A stretch of DNA of 64,000 bases. It comes from an uncultured Planctomycetota bacterium (GTDB lineage Bacteria; Planctomycetota; Planctomycetia; Isosphaerales; Isosphaeraceae). Positions 61,363 to 64,000 of this stretch are shown here, in pieces (the stretch's first letter is position 1; each line of letters opens with the position of its first letter). Location: contig CAWJTV010000031.1 of NCBI GenBank assembly GCA_963845755.1, positions 1-64,000 of the forward strand, read 5' to 3'. Under the pieces are notes generated by a model. That model had not been told where the DNA came from, did not search any database, and worked only from the letters and a program-made list of their open reading frames with translations. The translations under genes were made by a program, and so were the position numbers.

Positions 61363-62783
61363 TGGATGTGGTGATGCGAATGCCGGACCTCTCAACTGTC
61401 GACGACATGGTCAAGGTGGTGCGCTGGCTGGCCAAGGTCGGCCAGGTGGTCCGGCGTGGGACGCCTCTGCTGGAAGTGGAGACCGATAAGGCGATCCTAG
61501 TGGTAGAGTCGGCCGTGACGGGGACGCTCCGCGATTTGACAGTCGCAGCAGGCGCGGAAGTGGCTCCGGGGCAGCCGATTGCGACGTTCGACACGGTGGG
61601 TGCCAGTCCGTCGCCCGCTTCGGGCGACACGCCGATGCTCGACGATTCCCGAGAGCCAATGACGGGCGCCGCCGGGATCACGCCGGCTCGCTCGGAACTG
61701 GGTGCCGTCCAGACCGGTCCGGCAATCGAGGCGCCGCCCGTCGACGAGCGGCGTTCCTTCTTTGCCCGGAACCGCCGGACCAGGGAACTTGCGTCGTCGC
61801 CTTCCGATAGGGGAGCCATGTGCGCGGAGTATCCGCGCGAATTCCTGATGGACCTTTACCGGCGCATGCTCTTGATCCGCGAGTTCGAGGAGGGTGTGAA
61901 GTTCCTCTTCCTGGAAGGCTCGATGCCCGGGACGATCCACCAGTGTCAGGGACAAGAGGCGACGGCCGTCGGGGTCTGTGCGGCGCTGGAAGACGGGGAT
62001 TTCATCACGTCCACCTTCCGCGGCCACGGGCATGCTCTGGCGAAAGGGCTCACGCCCGAAGAGGTGCTATTCGAGCTTTTCGGCGCGGTCACGGGCTGCT
62101 GTCGCGGCAAGGGCGGTTCGATGCACGTGGGCAACATGGCCAGAGGAATGGTTCCGGGGATCGCGATCGTGGGCGGAGGCGTCCCGCTGGCGACCGGGAT
62201 GGCCCTGACCTTCAAGATGCGAAAGCAGCGCCAGGTTGTCGCCTGCTTCTTCGGCGACGGGGCGATCGCGGAAGGGGCGTTCCACGAAGGAGTCAACCTG
62301 GCGGCGATCTGGGACCTGCCGGCGATCTTCGTCTGCGAGAATAACCTGTATGGTGCCTCGACGCGGGTCGATCGCGTCATGAGGAACCCTCAGATCGCGG
62401 AACGCGCGGCGACCTACGGCATTCGGGGTAAGACCGTTGACGGCAACGACGTCCTGGCAGTCTACGAGGCGGCACGCTCGGCGGCGGCCGACTGCCGGGC
62501 CGGTCGCGGACCGGTTTTGCTCGAGCTGCTCACTTACCGGCGCACCGGCCATTCCCGTCGTGACGCCTGTAACTATCAGCCTAAGGACGAACGGGAAGAG
62601 TGGCTCCGTCGTGACCCGATCGAGCGACTGGGCCAATTGCTGCGGGATCGTGGTCTAGCCGATACAGAAGAGCTCGAACGGATCCGGTCGGATGTCCAGG
62701 CACGGTTCGAGGCCGCCGTCGAGGCCGCCCGCCGCCAGCCCTCGCCAACGCTCAATGATCTGGCGACGGATGTCCTCGCCTGA
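61362..62783 (+). CDS. Lipoyl domain fused to TPP-dependent dehydrogenase E1 alpha (AcoA/PdhA-like)
   Basis: EVETDKA lipoyl motif; GQEA, RGHGH, GKGGSMH, GDGA..EG.FHE..N...ENNLY, TYR..GHS. Confidence 0.9.
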   Translation: MDVVMRMPDLSTVDDMVKVVRWLAKVGQVVRRGTPLLEVETDKAILVVESAVTGTLRDLTVAAGAEVAPGQPIATFDTVGASPSPASGDTPMLDDSREPMTGAAGITPARSELGAVQTGPAIEAPPVDERRSFFARNRRTRELASSPSDRGAMCAEYPREFLMDLYRRMLLIREFEEGVKFLFLEGSMPGTIHQCQGQEATAVGVCAALEDGDFITSTFRGHGHALAKGLTPEEVLFELFGAVTGCCRGKGGSMHVGNMARGMVPGIAIVGGGVPLATGMALTFKMRKQRQVVACFFGDGAIAEGAFHEGVNLAAIWDLPAIFVCENNLYGASTRVDRVMRNPQIAERAATYGIRGKTVDGNDVLAVYEAARSAAADCRAGRGPVLLELLTYRRTGHSRRDACNYQPKDEREEWLRRDPIERLGQLLRDRGLADTEELERIRSDVQARFEAAVEAARRQPSPTLNDLATDVLA

Positions 62784-62872
62784 CATGCCACCGATCTGCC
62801 GATAAGATCGGGGCGGATTCTCTGGCCCGGTCATGAACTGCGAGCCCGCCTCGGGCAAGGAAAACCCGATTC

Positions 62873-63889
62873 ATGAGACGACTCAGTATCGCCGAAGCGC
62901 TGCGGGAGGGGATCGCCGAGGAGATGCGGCGGGACGCGTCCGTATTCTGCATGGGCGAGGACATCGCCGTGCCGGGCGGATGGGGCGGCGCGTTCACTGT
63001 CACGCTCGGCATGGAGGAGGAATTCCCTGACCGCATGCTGAATACCCCCATCGCCGAGCTGGGGTTCTTCGGCGCGGCCGTCGGGGCGGCGATCATGGGC
63101 ATGCGCCCGATCGTCGATGTTCAGTACGGCGATTTCCTCTTCCTGGCGATGGATCAAATCGTCAACAACGCCGCCAAGTTGCGGTACATGTCCGGCGGCT
63201 CGATATCGGTCCCGATGGTGATGCGCGCCCCCGTCGGCGCCACCGGCCGTGGCGCCCAGCACGCCCAGAACATGGAGCGCTACTTTACGGGGGTGCCGGG
63301 GATCAAGGTGGTCGCCGTGTCCAATGCCTACGATGCGAAGGGGATCCTCAAGTCGGCCGTCCGCGACGATAACCCGGTGTTGATCTTCGAGCACAAATTG
63401 CTTTATGGCTCCAAAGGCGCACGGACCGAGCCGGGCGCCGTGGACGCCACCAGCGAAGTGCCGGAAGGTGATTATGCGTTGCCTTTGGATCGCGCCGCCC
63501 TGCGTCGCGCGGGCCACGATGTCACGATCCTCGCCTGGCTACTGATGGCCCATTTCGCCGTTCAAGCCTCGGAGCGGCTCGCGACGGAAGGCGTTGACGC
63601 GGAGGTCATCGACGTCCGTAGCCTTTCACCCGTCGACTATGAGACGATCGGCGTCTCGGTGGAGAAGACGGGGCGCGTGGTCATCGTCGAAGAAGGGCCG
63701 AAGACGGGCGGCGTCGGTGCCGAAATCGCTGCGGGAATCATGGAACGGTTCGGAGAAAGTCTCCTGGTGCCTGTAGTACGAGTTGCCTCGGCCGATGTCC
63801 CCGTGCCGTTCTCGCCGGTGCTCGAGAATGCTTACCGGCCGGATCCCTCGCGGATCGTCGAAGGCGTACGAGTTGCATTGAGGTCGTGA
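62873..63889 (+). CDS. TPP-dependent dehydrogenase E1 beta (AcoB/PdhB-like)
   Basis: MGEDI, NTPIAE, DQIVNNAAK, AQHAQ, FEHKLLY, VEKTGR. Confidence 0.93.
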   Translation: MRRLSIAEALREGIAEEMRRDASVFCMGEDIAVPGGWGGAFTVTLGMEEEFPDRMLNTPIAELGFFGAAVGAAIMGMRPIVDVQYGDFLFLAMDQIVNNAAKLRYMSGGSISVPMVMRAPVGATGRGAQHAQNMERYFTGVPGIKVVAVSNAYDAKGILKSAVRDDNPVLIFEHKLLYGSKGARTEPGAVDATSEVPEGDYALPLDRAALRRAGHDVTILAWLLMAHFAVQASERLATEGVDAEVIDVRSLSPVDYETIGVSVEKTGRVVIVEEGPKTGGVGAEIAAGIMERFGESLLVPVVRVASADVPVPFSPVLENAYRPDPSRIVEGVRVALRS

Positions 63890-64000
63890 TTCTCGAATCA
63901 GCACACAAGGCAAGTGCCGGGACATCGAAGAGTGCGGCACATCATTCGTTCGTGTCCTCGCCGGTGGCCGATAGCGGCGAGGCGATCTCCTCGAGCGATG

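Overview
GC-rich bacterial DNA, almost certainly from a planctomycete and probably Isosphaeraceae-like. Supporting markers are a PVC-type heme-c protein, a planctomycete ECF sigma factor beside a Ser/Thr kinase-WD40 gene, an LEDRRLL surface protein, DUF1570, DUF1080 and DUF3500. About 20 single-base frameshifts are scattered through otherwise intact genes, which points to uncorrected long-read errors rather than true pseudogenes. Bases 1-5945 are the right part of an integrated, phage-satellite-like element inserted at the 3' end of a tRNA-Cys(GCA) gene at 5945-6016 (-). It carries AlpA/Xis, an AAA_25 helicase, an inverted-repeat origin candidate, a CHC2-Toprim primase, a PD-(D/E)xK nuclease, a Zn-finger protein, an XRE regulator and a tyrosine integrase. 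The integrase ORF has no stop of its own and runs through its candidate arm sites and the tRNA, so its C-terminus probably changes on excision. Other highlights are a cyanophycinase-M20 amidohydrolase fusion, a 424-bp MITE with perfect terminal inverted repeats, an orphan PfkB-like/P-loop ATPase/RyR protein, a ~2,100-aa repetitive beta-helix adhesin flanked by gene relics, a murB-ftsQ-like-short secA cluster, and an operon pairing an atypical class II aldolase with a lipoyl-E1alpha fusion and E1beta. All family calls come from motif recognition by eye; no database searches were run.
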